This document shows positions 63,663 through 64,000 of a stretch of 64,000 nucleotides of DNA, piece after piece (within the stretch, counting starts at the first letter, position 1; the number at the start of each line of letters is the position of its first letter). The notes under the pieces were generated by a model. That model saw nothing but the letters and a program-made list of their open reading frames with translations. It was not told where the DNA came from and did no database searches. The DNA is from Tidjanibacter sp. (GTDB taxonomy: Bacteria > Bacteroidota > Bacteroidia > Bacteroidales > Rikenellaceae): NCBI GenBank assembly GCA_045634145.1, contig JAZQZS010000005.1:32492-96491 (forward strand), in the 5' to 3' direction. A program made the position numbers and the translations under genes.

Positions 63663-64000
63663 ATGGCAACAAAAGTTACTGTTGTTGGCGCTGGTAACGT
63701 AGGCGCAACTGCTGCAAATGTTTTGGCTCTTCGCAAGGTTGCAAGCGAGGTTGTTCTGATTGACATCAAACCCGACCTGTCGGAGGGTAAAGTTCTGGAT
63801 ATGTACCAGACCTCGACCCTGCTCGATTTCGATACCAAACTCGTAGGTGTAACCAACGACTACAAAGCTACCGCTAAGAGCGACGTTGTAGTTATCACTT
63901 CGGGTGTTCCCCGCAAACCCGGTATGACCCGTGAGGAGCTCATCAGTGTTAATGCAAACATCGTTAAATCGGTTGTTAATAACATCTTGGAGTACTCGCC
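63663..64000 (+). CDS. mdh: malate dehydrogenase (LDH-like MDH), N-terminal 112 aa; continues beyond the window
   Basis: My translation from ATG 63663: MATKVTVVGAGNVGATAANVLALRKVASEVVLIDIK..GVPRKPGMTREELI.. Confidence 0.88.
   Translation, partial: MATKVTVVGAGNVGATAANVLALRKVASEVVLIDIKPDLSEGKVLDMYQTSTLLDFDTKLVGVTNDYKATAKSDVVVITSGVPRKPGMTREELISVNANIVKSVVNNILEYS

Overview
Chromosomal window from a fairly GC-rich member of the Bacteroidota, probably Bacteroidales. Placement rests on five exact TTTG-N19/21-TAnnTTTG promoters, a UpxY-led polysaccharide locus, and Bacteroidota-typical genes (FtsL-like, DUF4199/GT2/DUF4293 trio). Left to right: (1) the 5' half of a minus-strand dcw cell-wall/division cluster (murD partial, mraY, murE, ftsI, ftsL-like, rsmH; no mraZ); (2) ispF, pepD, an ECF sigma unit, a split chromate-transporter pair, rsmE, glpA-glpB, an NPP/alkaline-phosphatase lipoprotein, GtrA, a GT4, a ClC channel, trpS, an MsbA-like ABC half-transporter and a cyclophilin; (3) an ~18.5 kb, 18-gene capsule/O-antigen-type locus (about 25.3-43.9 kb: upxY, capD-like dehydratase, ugd, uronate 4-epimerase, SDR, wbpL-like initiating transferase, wbuC, rfbA-C-D-B, wzx, wzy, GT2, acetyltransferase, TupA-like ATP-grasp, GT4) whose distal third is visibly AT-rich; (4) an unknown zinc-ribbon/membrane protein pair, acyl-ACP thioesterase, a CaCA antiporter, aroC and an aroD-aroA fusion, mltG, tsaC, the DUF4199/GT2/DUF4293 trio, a peptide deformylase with a lipoprotein signal, a barrel-like protein plus an LTD-CotH lipoprotein, a CoA-transferase, an aminotransferase, gcvH and mdh (partial). 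I saw no rRNA, tRNA, CRISPR array, transposase or integrase. The most unusual content is non-coding. Seven strand-locked heptamer arrays (AARTTGA on the gene strand) place TGA in all three frames and supply the stop codons of five genes. They combine with 9-mer and GC-rich heptamer arrays in a fixed order. A ~90-nt structured element abuts three unrelated start codons. Other points to follow up: a G8 tract at the capsule acetyltransferase, a six-fold CxxCxGxG zinc-ribbon membrane protein, the exported-looking deformylase, the AroD-AroA fusion, and an ABC transporter lacking the Walker-B catalytic glutamate. Everything was read by eye; repeat and motif coordinates may be off by a few nt, and GC statements are estimates.
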